Positions 28,645-38,640 of a DNA stretch of 64,000 nt are shown one piece after another. Under the pieces are notes generated by a model. The model saw only the letters and a list, made by a program, of their open reading frames with translations. It did not search any database and was not told the DNA's origin. The stretch spans positions 288,001 through 352,000 of the forward strand of contig CAWBAT010000004.1 of the NCBI GenBank assembly GCA_963786955.1, in the 5' to 3' direction. Positions within the stretch are counted from its first letter, which is position 1. The number at the start of each line of letters is the position of its first letter. Made by a program: the position numbers and the translations under genes. The stretch is from an uncultured Acidimicrobiia bacterium. Lineage in GTDB: Bacteria; Acidobacteriota; Terriglobia; Versatilivoradales; Versatilivoraceae.

Positions 28645-30246
28645 TCACCAGAGCCAGGCATAGAGGCCTACCGTTACGCCTGAGAGGATGGCCAGGTGTA
28701 AGCGCCAGTCCGAAAGTCCCGCAAAAGGTTCCATCTTTGCATCCCAATGAATCGTGGTTTTTTCCAGTTTCTCTGGGGCTGTCTTCTCGGTAAAGGTGGA
28801 GACTATAAACAGAGTGGCAATGATGATCAGCGTTCCCCACAAGCCGCGAAAAGAGTAGTTCAGCGTTAGACTGTTGTGGATCCACGGAAACCAGCGCTTG
28901 CCGGCCTCCACTCCCATCCATTGATCGGAAACAAAGATGGCAGCCATGACTGCACCCACTAGAACAGAAGCGATCGCTCCTTTGAAAGTCACTTTCTTAC
29001 TCAAGATTCCAAAAAAAATCGCCGGCATGACCGGCATCACGAGATAAATCGAAATGGTCTGCAGATATTTGTAAAGTCCTTCCGGCGTGATATAGACGAG
29101 GTAAGCAGCTCCAATGCCAAGGATTGTCCCTCCCATGATGGCCACCCGGCCGATGACCACTTGCGCTCTCTCAGTAGTTTTCGGTCGGAGGCGGACGACA
29201 AAATCCCTGACTGTCAAGGTAGATATGGAATTCATCACGGCGTCGAGCGACGAGATCAATGCCGCCAGTAGAGCCGAGAGAACCAGTCCTCTTAACCCGC
29301 TCGGCATGAGATCATTCAAAAGAGTGACGAACGTTAATTTGGGTTCGCGTCCGGGGAAAAGGGCCAATGCAATCACACCCGGCAAAGCGAAAATGAAAAC
29401 CGGAGTCAATTTCAGCAGGACGGCAAACATAGCTCCCCAACGCGCCTGATCCAAATCCTTTGCTCCAAGAACGCGCTGGACGTTGACTTGATCAATCCCC
29501 CAGTAAAAAGTGCCTCCATAAGCCGCGGCGGCCATGACTCCCCAGAAAGGATAATTTGGATCGGTATGGGGCTTCGCGATCCGGACGGCCTCTGGCACCA
29601 TACGGGCTAACTCGTGCCAGCCTCCCACTCTGTCCAGCCCCAGATAGAGCATTATGCCGCAGCCGACAATCATAATGGTGGTCTGAATCGTGTCGGTATA
29701 AGCGATGGCCGCGAATCCGCCTTTCATCGTAAACAATGCGGTGAGGATACCAATCACCATCACGACCGCCATCACATTCCAACCCAAGAGGCTGTTCATG
29801 ACCAAAGCTCCGGCATAGAGTGTAAAGGCCATCTTCGTCACCACACAAATCAATAACATGAGCCCCGAAAAGAAGACCCGGCAGATGGGGTGGTAACGGA
29901 TCTCAAGGAATTCAGGAATCGTGAAGACGCGGTTCTTGATGTAGTACGGAAAAAGCACGGCCGCTCCAACCCCAAGGCACAGGGCAGTGGTTAATTCGAT
30001 CGTACCGGCACAAAGCCCGTAGCGGTAAGCATCACCGGAGAGTCCGACGAGGTGTTCAGCACCGATGTTCGTCGCGTAGAGAGACGCCCCGATGACCGGC
30101 CAAGTCAGTTGGCGCCCAGCCAGAAAGAAATTGGCGCTCGAAGCGCCCGCTTGAATGCGGGAAGCAACAAATAATCCCAGAACAATGCTGCCGCCCAGAG
30201 TGGATAAACAGACGATCCAGTCAAGAGGAGTGAGTGAAAGATTCAT
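28645..30246 (-). CDS. Sodium:solute symporter
   Basis: FFLAGR, SLYATNIG, TIPEFLE.RY, DQVNVQR. Confidence 0.93.
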   Translation of the reverse strand: MNLSLTPLDWIVCLSTLGGSIVLGLFVASRIQAGASSANFFLAGRQLTWPVIGASLYATNIGAEHLVGLSGDAYRYGLCAGTIELTTALCLGVGAAVLFPYYIKNRVFTIPEFLEIRYHPICRVFFSGLMLLICVVTKMAFTLYAGALVMNSLLGWNVMAVVMVIGILTALFTMKGGFAAIAYTDTIQTTIMIVGCGIMLYLGLDRVGGWHELARMVPEAVRIAKPHTDPNYPFWGVMAAAAYGGTFYWGIDQVNVQRVLGAKDLDQARWGAMFAVLLKLTPVFIFALPGVIALALFPGREPKLTFVTLLNDLMPSGLRGLVLSALLAALISSLDAVMNSISTLTVRDFVVRLRPKTTERAQVVIGRVAIMGGTILGIGAAYLVYITPEGLYKYLQTISIYLVMPVMPAIFFGILSKKVTFKGAIASVLVGAVMAAIFVSDQWMGVEAGKRWFPWIHNSLTLNYSFRGLWGTLIIIATLFIVSTFTEKTAPEKLEKTTIHWDAKMEPFAGLSDWRLHLAILSGVTVGLYAWLW

Positions 30247-30612
30247 TTCACCAAACCAAGAAATTGGAATTACTTATGGGAAAAAACCATAGTGCAGGAG
30301 GTCGGAAGAAGGGAAAGTTGTTTCCTTGAAAGATAGCGCTTTGACGCCAGAAGCTACGAAAAACGAACTTTTCCCAACAGCGTGAAGTCTAGCAATAGAT
30401 GCGATGATGTCAAGGTTACAAATGCTTCTGGCAAATTTTCGTCTTTTTCCATCAGGAGAAGCTGCGTTGAACATTTCCCCTGTTCCGAGAACTGGAAACT
30501 TGGCTTTCGCTCCCCCATCTTTCGCTAATTGCCATCCGGGAAAAACCAGGGGCGGACAGCATTCTCTCGGGAATGGAAAATGATCATCCGTCAGGAAACC
30601 CCCTCAAGCGTA

Positions 30613-32745
30613 CTAATCCGTGATCCAATCTTCCGGCAGGAGATCAGTCTCTTTAATTTGGAACAGCATCCATAATGTCGTGATCGGGACCAGAGGCATC
30701 AGGAGCCTTGTCAAAGAGAGGGGGATTATTTGTTCCATTTGCCAAGGGGTGACGATGTAGATCAGAACGATGAAAACCCCATAGAAGAAAGCAATCCAGA
30801 GAAAAACCGAGTGGGGCCCTCGGAGTGCCCGTGCCGGAGAAAAGCAGAAGACAAACGCTAGACACACACCTAGCAAACTCCAGAGATGAGGTTTTAGAAA
30901 AAACTCTCTCAGAAACGAAGGGACGATGTAAGCGAGTCTCTCCATCCCGGCAGCAATATGGGGGAGCGTGAGCAGAGAGAAGTAATCCTCCTCAATCTGG
31001 GGCAGTCGCAACCGGTAATGATACCAGGGTGCCAGAGCCAGTAGCGAACATAGAGATAAGATGCTGGCATACTTCAACTGGAACTGCCGATCTCTCAAGC
31101 CATTGGTCCTGAAAAAAGTAATACAGAAGAGGGTAATTCCAACCAACGGCAAGCCTTCATTTTTTGTAAAGAGCGCAAAGATTGCAAAAAACACTGCGAT
31201 TACAAAATCACTTCGTTTCCTCTCGGACGCCCATTTGAAGAGAGAAACGGCAAAAACCGTGAAACAGTAAGCGAGCGGGACATCGCTATATCCGCTGGCC
31301 GCTCCACCATTCACATAGATTGTAAAGGCCGGCAAACTCGAAAGGAATGCTGTACCGAACAAGGAATAGCTCCTTCCAAAAAATCTCCGCAAGCTCGCAT
31401 AAAAGAAAACAGCGAGCGAGAGAAAGAATAAGGGGTAGAGCACCTTCACCGCGTGTTCATCGATTCTACCGCCCCATTGATAAATGAAACTCTGAGCAAG
31501 CGGTAAGGCCAGAGGGTATTGATGCTTGGCATGCAAGCGGGCCGGGTCAAGGAATGCATCCCCGTAAATTTGGTGTTCTGTGAAAAGGAGTTTAGCCTTC
31601 ATCCCCCAGATCGCTCTTGCATCAAATCCAAGAATAGGATTGCTAATAGCATCCAAAAAGATCAGCAGCGAGGAAGCTACAATGATTAGCAAAAAACCGA
31701 TTTCGAGACCATTCAAGCGCTGCTTTTTGCTTCCATTTCTACTAAGACCGCCAACCTGTACTCTTTCACGCCCCAAAAACAAACTTAGACTGAAGAGGCC
31801 CAGGAATAATCCTGAAAGAAGAAGCCGTACCCGCACGCTATCCAGGGGGATATGGCAATAGGCTAGGTAAAAGAGCCCAAGGCTCAAGAATCCGAGCCCG
31901 ATGCCGAATGCCAAGGACAAGATTTCCAGGGTCGTCAGCTCAGGTCGATTGCGGGTGATACAGCGAAGGGTGAGAATCCCCGAAGCCATAATGAGCGAGA
32001 GGGCGAGGATGAGCTTCGTGTAAAGGATCCAATCTCCCCTCCTCTGGATCATCTGTCCTCTTCCAGCAGGTATATCGGTTCTCAGAGGAAGGAGTTGGTA
32101 CTTGGTTGTGTCTCCGTCATTGATTTCCAAAGTCCAAGTAATGGCATGCTTTTGTAGCCACTCGCTCGGTATCTCGGAGATAGTCGCGTTCGGTTCGGAA
32201 TAAATATAGAACCGGCGCGGGAAGAGATGATAGTTCAAGAGGTACTTTATTGGCGCCCGTGTCCTGATCAGAATGCCAGCGTCATCAGGTGTTCTTTCTC
32301 TTAGAATTTCCGCCAGGGAAGATATCTCACTCAATTCGGGAACGGCAAACTCTCCCGATCCCTTACCCATTGATAACCGCAAGTGGCTGCTGAGATTAAT
32401 CCACCCAAAATTCAGCGCCATAATGGAAATCAACAGACTCATGAGCAATAATAGGACGACGGCCTTTGATCCGGAACCCAACTGTCTTTCCAGACTTTGA
32501 ACTTGAGCTTTTCTTCGTGAAATCAACAGGAGAAAACCAAGCCCAACCGCTTCTACTCCGCAGAAGACTAAGGTTGCAGGGACCAATCGAACTTTTTCTA
32601 AAATCCTCTCATTCACAGTGCCTGTTTGGCTTAACTGTTTTGCGATCCACGAATGATCAAGCTCATAGGACGGACACCCCACCCCAAGGAGGAGGAACCC
32701 GACAACAAGAAGGAGATGAGGAACAACTCTTAACAGTTTATACAT
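30613..32745 (-). CDS. Polytopic membrane protein, GT-C (GT39-like) glycosyltransferase; possibly two fused genes
   Basis: DARAIWGMKAK, H..YP, GYSDVPL, TKNEG; internal RBS plus ATG at 32052. Confidence 0.65.
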   Translation of the reverse strand: MYKLLRVVPHLLLVVGFLLLGVGCPSYELDHSWIAKQLSQTGTVNERILEKVRLVPATLVFCGVEAVGLGFLLLISRRKAQVQSLERQLGSGSKAVVLLLLMSLLISIMALNFGWINLSSHLRLSMGKGSGEFAVPELSEISSLAEILRERTPDDAGILIRTRAPIKYLLNYHLFPRRFYIYSEPNATISEIPSEWLQKHAITWTLEINDGDTTKYQLLPLRTDIPAGRGQMIQRRGDWILYTKLILALSLIMASGILTLRCITRNRPELTTLEILSLAFGIGLGFLSLGLFYLAYCHIPLDSVRVRLLLSGLFLGLFSLSLFLGRERVQVGGLSRNGSKKQRLNGLEIGFLLIIVASSLLIFLDAISNPILGFDARAIWGMKAKLLFTEHQIYGDAFLDPARLHAKHQYPLALPLAQSFIYQWGGRIDEHAVKVLYPLFFLSLAVFFYASLRRFFGRSYSLFGTAFLSSLPAFTIYVNGGAASGYSDVPLAYCFTVFAVSLFKWASERKRSDFVIAVFFAIFALFTKNEGLPLVGITLFCITFFRTNGLRDRQFQLKYASILSLCSLLALAPWYHYRLRLPQIEEDYFSLLTLPHIAAGMERLAYIVPSFLREFFLKPHLWSLLGVCLAFVFCFSPARALRGPHSVFLWIAFFYGVFIVLIYIVTPWQMEQIIPLSLTRLLMPLVPITTLWMLFQIKETDLLPEDWITD

Positions 32746-32943
32746 CGGAGCTTGGAGTAATCGCGTTTGAGCTAATATGGATTGGAAGCTGACTTTCCCT
32801 CAAAAAAATCCCAACTCATAGCACTTCAGAGGAGTAATAAGTGTGTCTAAGATAACGTCGCACTGTGTCAATCCCCATTGCTGGAGCCGGCCTCAATTCT
32901 CAAAGTTCCGAGAAGTCTGGTACTAAAGGCGAGGGATGCAAGC

Positions 32944-35574
32944 TTACAGATATTGCAAGTGGAGCGTCATCGTTTTTCCCGCAGGCAACTGGTATCGGGT
33001 GTGACCTATAGGTGCGAAGCCTGCCAACGGCGGTAATGATATGGCCTCGCTTTCAGGTAAGACGATCTCACCCTGTCCGTACGCAGGCAAACCAAGCGAC
33101 AGTGTTCGGGCGCCTCTCTTCCCTCTGAAGGAGAATTGGATTGGCCCTTGAGGGGTGTAGGTCGTCAATTCAAGATCCTCCAGATCCGCCAGTTGAGGGT
33201 AAATTTCAAACCGTTTATAGCCCGCCTCGATAGGTCGAATTCCCGCCAGGTTCATCACAGCCACATAGAGCGGAACAACAGCACAATGACTCCATTGCGA
33301 GTCGGAGTCGGGCTTAACATGCCAGTTTTCCTGAAGTGCATTGTTGAGACGCACCGAATCCATGCTTGCCCAGCGTTCGCGCAACTCCTTGACAACGACG
33401 TCAACCCGACCGCCTTTTGCCAGGGCCCACAAGCGCCAGCCGGCATTTGCAGGATAGGAGAACCCCATTTCACCCGGAGTTTCAACAAGGGCACGCAATG
33501 ATTCTTTGTGCTGATATTCAGGGCATTGATCGAAAAGGATGGCCGTCGCCAGCGAACGGTCACATAAGCGGATCTCTTTTTCCTCGGCCAACCAGGGGAG
33601 ATTATTGACAAAGAGATGATGCTCCTCGCTCCAAAACTTCCTCACAACAGCCGCCTCCAGTTGCCTTCCAAGGGCTGAAGCAGCTCCTGAGCGTTGTGTT
33701 TCACCGAATACACGACAGAGAGGAGCGAGTGCATACTGCAGCATGGCGGCGGCATAGAGGTTAAAAGCACATTGTTTGTGGCGTTGCTGCCGGTAGGCAT
33801 CGTGATCAATCCAAACCGATGGAACGCCAAGGTTCTCTACAGGCAGCAGACCATCACGACCGATGAGGCTTTTGAGGTATTGAGCAAAACGCAACAGTCT
33901 TGGAAAGGGTTCACTGAGAACCTTTAGGTCCCCGCTATAGAGATACGCATAGTAACAATCGAAGTTGAACCCCACCCCGTGATCAAGAATAGGCCCCCAA
34001 CGGGTCAGTTGAAGCTGGCGTTCCATTAATCGCGCCAGCCGGTCGTAGGCAGGCCAACAATCCAAAAAATATCCGTCGAGGGTTATCCCTTGACTGAAGG
34101 TCGCCAAATAACGGGCGGGAAGCCGAGTTTCTCCAAAGGTTGAGTAAATGGCATGAAGCTGATGACCGCAATCTCCGCTGTATTGCTGGCGTTCTCGCGC
34201 CATGCCATCAACAATATTTTCCTGAGCTGAATTGTTCAGAGTATTGATTGATGCATCAAATAAACGCTGGAGCGCCGGCTCGGACGAGGAAACATGAGGC
34301 ACATTCGGCCAAGGAAATATGCGGCGACGAATTCCTACGTCGCTGATGGTCACCGGGCCACGACCATGATGAACGTGTAACTGAAGCCATCGACAGCTTT
34401 CAAAATCAAACGACTCAAAGCGGTTTTTCCCTTCTCTACAGACAAATCGCGACCAACTTTCGAAATGAGTATTCAAGATTGGAGGACCATCGGCCGAGTG
34501 GGCCTCATGAACCAAGAGTTCAATGATTGTGCCGGCAGGTGCCTCAATCGTGAAATAGGGCCAACCGACAACTTGTTCGGAGAATACAAAACTCATAGCA
34601 GCGCCTCGGATGCCATCGAGACTCACCTGCCAGACTCCCGGGCTAACTTCGCCGGGGATGGCTTGTCGTTCTGCGCGATAAGCTTCGGGAGGCCGGCATT
34701 CAAAATACTCCTCCGGCGGACGTACCCATATAATCCAATGGAATTCAGCCAGCTTCTCAACGGGGAGAAGCGACTCGCTTATCTGCGGAATGCTGCGGGG
34801 TCGTAATTGTGCATTGCGGGGTTCACCGCTGGTGTCTAACAGATACTCGGTATATTTGGAACAAACAGGAGGTTTGTTTGGAGCACAATCCAAAGCCATC
34901 GCGTCAAGCCAGTCCGAGTCCTCGTGAAACTCCGGACTTGTCCAGCCATAAGGGTAGAGCCGCGCATCGAATTCTTCCTGCAATGAGCGCACATACCAGC
35001 GCTTGTAATGTCCCGGTTTCCAGGATCGAGGCAGCATGGCCTTCCAGGAAGAATCTGAAATGATGGTTGTCTGGGATCCGTCATCGAAAGTGATTTCCAG
35101 CCAAAAAAGAAAACCAGGCTTGCCGAGGGGGGAGGTGCCGTCGCCTTGGCCAAAAAAGAGCACTTGAGCACCGATGGTGTTGTCTCCGACATGCAGGATT
35201 GTGGTGAGATCTATCGGATCTGCTTCCAGCCAGCGCGGATCCGAAGGCGCAGGTCCCCATTGAATGCGCTTCCCATTGACCTCGAGCAGGTATCGGCTGT
35301 CGGCTGCAGTCCATCCTTGCGCTCTATGAGGCCGATGCTGCAGATACAGGCTCTTGCGAAACAAGACAAAGGTATTCGCCAAGCAACGGCCGGAAGGATA
35401 CCAGATCCATCGTGCCGGTTGCAAACCAGGAAGCTCTGTTGAATCTATCGGAATTGCTTGAATGGGATCGTCAAGCGACCGGGTACTAGCGGATTCGGGC
35501 AATTCATCCCGCTTCAAGAAAAATTGCGCGCCTCCAGCCAATGCCGAGCTTTTGATGAATTCACGTCTTTTCAT
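32944..35574 (-). CDS. Tat-exported alpha-L-rhamnosidase-like glycoside hydrolase (GH78)
   Basis: MKRREFIK leader, ADSRYLLEVNG, DGMARERQQYSGD, SQWSHC. Confidence 0.8.
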   Translation of the reverse strand: MKRREFIKSSALAGGAQFFLKRDELPESASTRSLDDPIQAIPIDSTELPGLQPARWIWYPSGRCLANTFVLFRKSLYLQHRPHRAQGWTAADSRYLLEVNGKRIQWGPAPSDPRWLEADPIDLTTILHVGDNTIGAQVLFFGQGDGTSPLGKPGFLFWLEITFDDGSQTTIISDSSWKAMLPRSWKPGHYKRWYVRSLQEEFDARLYPYGWTSPEFHEDSDWLDAMALDCAPNKPPVCSKYTEYLLDTSGEPRNAQLRPRSIPQISESLLPVEKLAEFHWIIWVRPPEEYFECRPPEAYRAERQAIPGEVSPGVWQVSLDGIRGAAMSFVFSEQVVGWPYFTIEAPAGTIIELLVHEAHSADGPPILNTHFESWSRFVCREGKNRFESFDFESCRWLQLHVHHGRGPVTISDVGIRRRIFPWPNVPHVSSSEPALQRLFDASINTLNNSAQENIVDGMARERQQYSGDCGHQLHAIYSTFGETRLPARYLATFSQGITLDGYFLDCWPAYDRLARLMERQLQLTRWGPILDHGVGFNFDCYYAYLYSGDLKVLSEPFPRLLRFAQYLKSLIGRDGLLPVENLGVPSVWIDHDAYRQQRHKQCAFNLYAAAMLQYALAPLCRVFGETQRSGAASALGRQLEAAVVRKFWSEEHHLFVNNLPWLAEEKEIRLCDRSLATAILFDQCPEYQHKESLRALVETPGEMGFSYPANAGWRLWALAKGGRVDVVVKELRERWASMDSVRLNNALQENWHVKPDSDSQWSHCAVVPLYVAVMNLAGIRPIEAGYKRFEIYPQLADLEDLELTTYTPQGPIQFSFRGKRGARTLSLGLPAYGQGEIVLPESEAISLPPLAGFAPIGHTRYQLPAGKTMTLHLQYL

Positions 35575-35593
35575 TTGTACCTTTATGGTAATG

Positions 35594-35663
35594 GTAGGGG
35601 CGAAGCATTCGGTAAAGCGTGCTGCGATTCATCGTGGCTCATTGACGAATTCTTCGCCCCTAC
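35594..35663. repeat. GTAG-type REP/REPIN-like element overlapping the pbpC stop codon
   Basis: GTAGGGGCGAAGCATTCG..CGAATTCTTCGCCCCTAC. Confidence 0.8.
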
Positions 35664-37878
35664 GCCTATACGGGAGGTTGGCTGAGGAAGAGACTCGAGA
35701 GTTCCCGCGTATCTCAAATTCGACAGAATCAAGAGTGCGATTCATTTCATCGATCAGGCATAGATTGTGTTTTCCCTTCAGAGGAGTCCAAAGTAGAACC
35801 GAACCCGCGCGGCCAATCTCTTTCCCATCCAAACTCCAATTGAGGCGATCGTCTTTCGGGTGAGATTCAAAAAAAACTTTCTGTTGCTCGTGTGGTATGT
35901 CCGGGTCCAGGGCGATGATGGCACCGGACACTGGATAAACAATTCTAAAGTTCGTAGGACTGGAAACAGGTTGCACCGTGCTGGTTTCTGTTCCTTTAAG
36001 AAACCATTCAGAGCGGCTTTGGCCAGGAACAGAGAATTCGATATGCCGAGAAGTAAGGCCGGAGGGAGGCTCAGGGGAGTGGCTTGGCAAGCCACGGTGA
36101 AGCCAGTTCATGATTTCAATCCAAGCCGGCGCTGCGCCTGAAATCCCACTGACATTCCACATCGGCTCTCCGGAAAAATTGCCGACCCAGACTCCTACCG
36201 TGTAATGGTCTGAAAAACCCACACACCAATTATCCCGCATATCCTTGCTGGTCCCAGTTTTCACTGCACTCCAATACCGGGTTGAAAGCGGGCTTTCCAG
36301 GTGAAAAGTCTCGCTTCGGCTTTCCCGGTCGGACAGAATATCGGAGACAAGAAAAGCGGATTCGGCGGAGAGTCCTTGGCGCCTCGTCACATCCGGATTC
36401 TCCTCGAAGGTTAGACGGAGAGGAGTCCAAACGCCAGCGTTTGCCAGGGACCGGTAGGCATTGACCAGTTCCCAAAGAGTTACATCTGCCGCACCCAGAG
36501 CAAGCGAAGAACCGTAAAAATCTGCCGACTGAAGATTCTCAAAACCAAGTTCTCCGAGCTTTGGCACAAACCATTCCACTCCAACCAGATTCAAGACCTT
36601 GACGGCCGGAATATTTAAGGAGGAAGCCAGAGCTGTCCTGGCGGGGACTAGGCCGTGGAAGTGCTTATCGTAGTTCTCCGGGCGGTAAATGCCGTTCATC
36701 GCGGGCACGTCCAGCGGCGCATCATCCAGCAGTGAGGCCGGGGTCAGAATTCGCTTATCAAACGCCAAACCATAGAGAAAAGGTTTCAACGTTGAGCCGG
36801 CCTGACGTCTGGCTTGAGTCCCGTCCACGTAGCGGGCACTGGCCAATACTCCAACGTTGCCCACATAAGCAAGAATCTCTCCGCTCTTATTGTCAGCAAC
36901 CAAAACCGCTCCATCGTGCACATTCTGGCCTTGTACCGACAAAATATGTTGCTGTAGCGTCTCTGACACAAAGCGTTGCAGCTCTCGATCCAGGGTACAA
37001 ACCGCTTCGGCAGATCTCTTCTTGAATTGCAAGATTCGCGATCCAAGAAGTCGCTGACAAACATGCGGAGCCAGTGCAATCTCCGATTCAAACTTGTAGG
37101 GCAGAGACAGTGCTTCTTGAGTCTTGGAGAGGATTGTTGCAGAGCTTAGGTTGAGGTGCATCTCCTCAGATAGCTCGCCAGCTCGGCGCATCACCTCCTC
37201 GGTTGAAGCATTGGGAGCGCGGAGGAGAGCGGCCAGGATCACGGACTCACTGTCATCCAGCCCGTGTGGCCTCTTGTTAAACAGACCCCTCGAAGCCGAA
37301 GCAATGCCTTGCAATTCTCCTCGAAATGAAACCCTGTTCAGATACGCTTCCAGAATTTCTGCCTTTGACCAGCTTTCTTCCAGCTTCCTTGCCGCTCGCA
37401 TTTGATTCCACTTCTGCCAGATAGAGCGATGAGAAACCTGAGGTTGCAAATCCGGGATCAACTTTGAGACAAGCTGCATCGTAATAGTGCTGGCCCCTCG
37501 CAGGTTAGTGGAGGAGATTCGACCTATCAAAGCCCCTCCGCTTGCCTTCCAATCGACGCCTTTGTGCTGGTAAAACCGTTTGTCTTCCGCGCTGATGACG
37601 GCCGCCTGGAGCGCCGGAGAAATTTCCGCCAGCCCGACCCAATTAAGGCGTTTGCCCATAGGGTCAACCCTGATTTCGTGAAGCACCTGGCGATGGCGAT
37701 CCAGCAGCACCGCCTCTGACCCGGAATAAGAGTCATGGACTTGCTGAAAGGATGGAATGAGGTAAGAACTGTGGGAGAGAGAAACCCAGAAAACCAGACC
37801 AATCAATAATGTCAGCATAACCGCCAAGAAGGCGGGCCTATTAATGAAAAGGCTTTTCAGGTTCTTATAGACTCTCAT
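35629..37878 (-). CDS. pbpC: Penicillin-binding protein 1C
   Basis: EDKRFYQH, GASTITMQ, GSTLKPF, SLN, KTGTS; downstream of alpha-2-macroglobulin. Confidence 0.93.
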   Translation of the reverse strand: MRVYKNLKSLFINRPAFLAVMLTLLIGLVFWVSLSHSSYLIPSFQQVHDSYSGSEAVLLDRHRQVLHEIRVDPMGKRLNWVGLAEISPALQAAVISAEDKRFYQHKGVDWKASGGALIGRISSTNLRGASTITMQLVSKLIPDLQPQVSHRSIWQKWNQMRAARKLEESWSKAEILEAYLNRVSFRGELQGIASASRGLFNKRPHGLDDSESVILAALLRAPNASTEEVMRRAGELSEEMHLNLSSATILSKTQEALSLPYKFESEIALAPHVCQRLLGSRILQFKKRSAEAVCTLDRELQRFVSETLQQHILSVQGQNVHDGAVLVADNKSGEILAYVGNVGVLASARYVDGTQARRQAGSTLKPFLYGLAFDKRILTPASLLDDAPLDVPAMNGIYRPENYDKHFHGLVPARTALASSLNIPAVKVLNLVGVEWFVPKLGELGFENLQSADFYGSSLALGAADVTLWELVNAYRSLANAGVWTPLRLTFEENPDVTRRQGLSAESAFLVSDILSDRESRSETFHLESPLSTRYWSAVKTGTSKDMRDNWCVGFSDHYTVGVWVGNFSGEPMWNVSGISGAAPAWIEIMNWLHRGLPSHSPEPPSGLTSRHIEFSVPGQSRSEWFLKGTETSTVQPVSSPTNFRIVYPVSGAIIALDPDIPHEQQKVFFESHPKDDRLNWSLDGKEIGRAGSVLLWTPLKGKHNLCLIDEMNRTLDSVEFEIRGNSRVSSSANLPYRRRGEEFVNEPR

Positions 37879-37894
37879 AGAAATTTTCCCGTCT

Positions 37895-38600
37895 GACCCC
37901 GAACGGGGTCGAATGTGAATAGCCAAGGGTGAAGCGAAGGGGCAATAGCCCCGAAGCGAAACCCGTGGGAACGACACCGTGTAGCAATTCCCAAACCGAC
38001 CCCGAACGGGGTCGAATTGATTCTTAAACAAGGTATCGTTCGTCAAAGTCAATCCCGGCGTCTTCCAGTAATTTCTTCAGTTCCTCTTGAAAAACAACCT
38101 GGCGATGATGCTCCTCCTGATCCTTAATGTATTCGATGAGTGCGTCTTTTTCCCTGATCGACAGGGTAAATGCTCCATAGCCATCCTGCCAGTGTGTAAA
38201 ATGAGAGAACACCTGGTGATTCTTAATCCAGCTTGAGCTCGATACTTTGATGTCCTTCACGAAGTCGGATAAGGCCAAGCTTGGATGCAAACTCGAGAGG
38301 ATATGAATGTGGTCTTCAACGCCGTTGATGCGGTACAGATGGGAATCTTTGTTCTGGATGACACCCCAGATGTATTTGTAAAGTTCAGGCCGTCGATCAG
38401 CGGAAAGGGTTGTCTCCCGGTTTTTGGTTGAAAAGACGATATGGTAAAGAATTTGGGTGTAGGTTGACATCGTCCTATCGCTCACTTCAGATTCAACCCC
38501 TTCAGGGTTGACTGTCCGTCGTACCTCAACCACGGGTTCGCTTCGGGACTTCGTCCCTCTACTCACCCGTGGCTATTCACATTCAAGCCCTGCGGGCTTG
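37895..38600. mobile_element. IS200-like/REP-associated HUH transposase element with ~110-120-bp structured inverted flanks
   Basis: Flanks 37895-38017 and 38491-38600 share hairpin-CCACGGGTT..CACCC(G/T)TGGCTATTCACATTC-hairpin in inverted orientation. Confidence 0.8.
38024..38470 (-). CDS. tnpA: IS200/IS605-family (Y1 HUH) transposase
   Basis: YHIVFSTKNR, DHIHIL (HUH), WQDGYGAFT, YIKDQEEHH. Confidence 0.92.
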   Translation of the reverse strand: MSTYTQILYHIVFSTKNRETTLSADRRPELYKYIWGVIQNKDSHLYRINGVEDHIHILSSLHPSLALSDFVKDIKVSSSSWIKNHQVFSHFTHWQDGYGAFTLSIREKDALIEYIKDQEEHHRQVVFQEELKKLLEDAGIDFDERYLV

Positions 38601-38640
38601 GGTCGCCGATCCTCGCACCCCTTTCAATTTCAAATCAGAC

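Noticed and set aside
37879-38566. N-terminal extensions of PBP1C (to 38052) and TnpA (to 38566) in the ORF track
   Set aside because: They run through the structured repeats; better starts are at 37878 and 38470.
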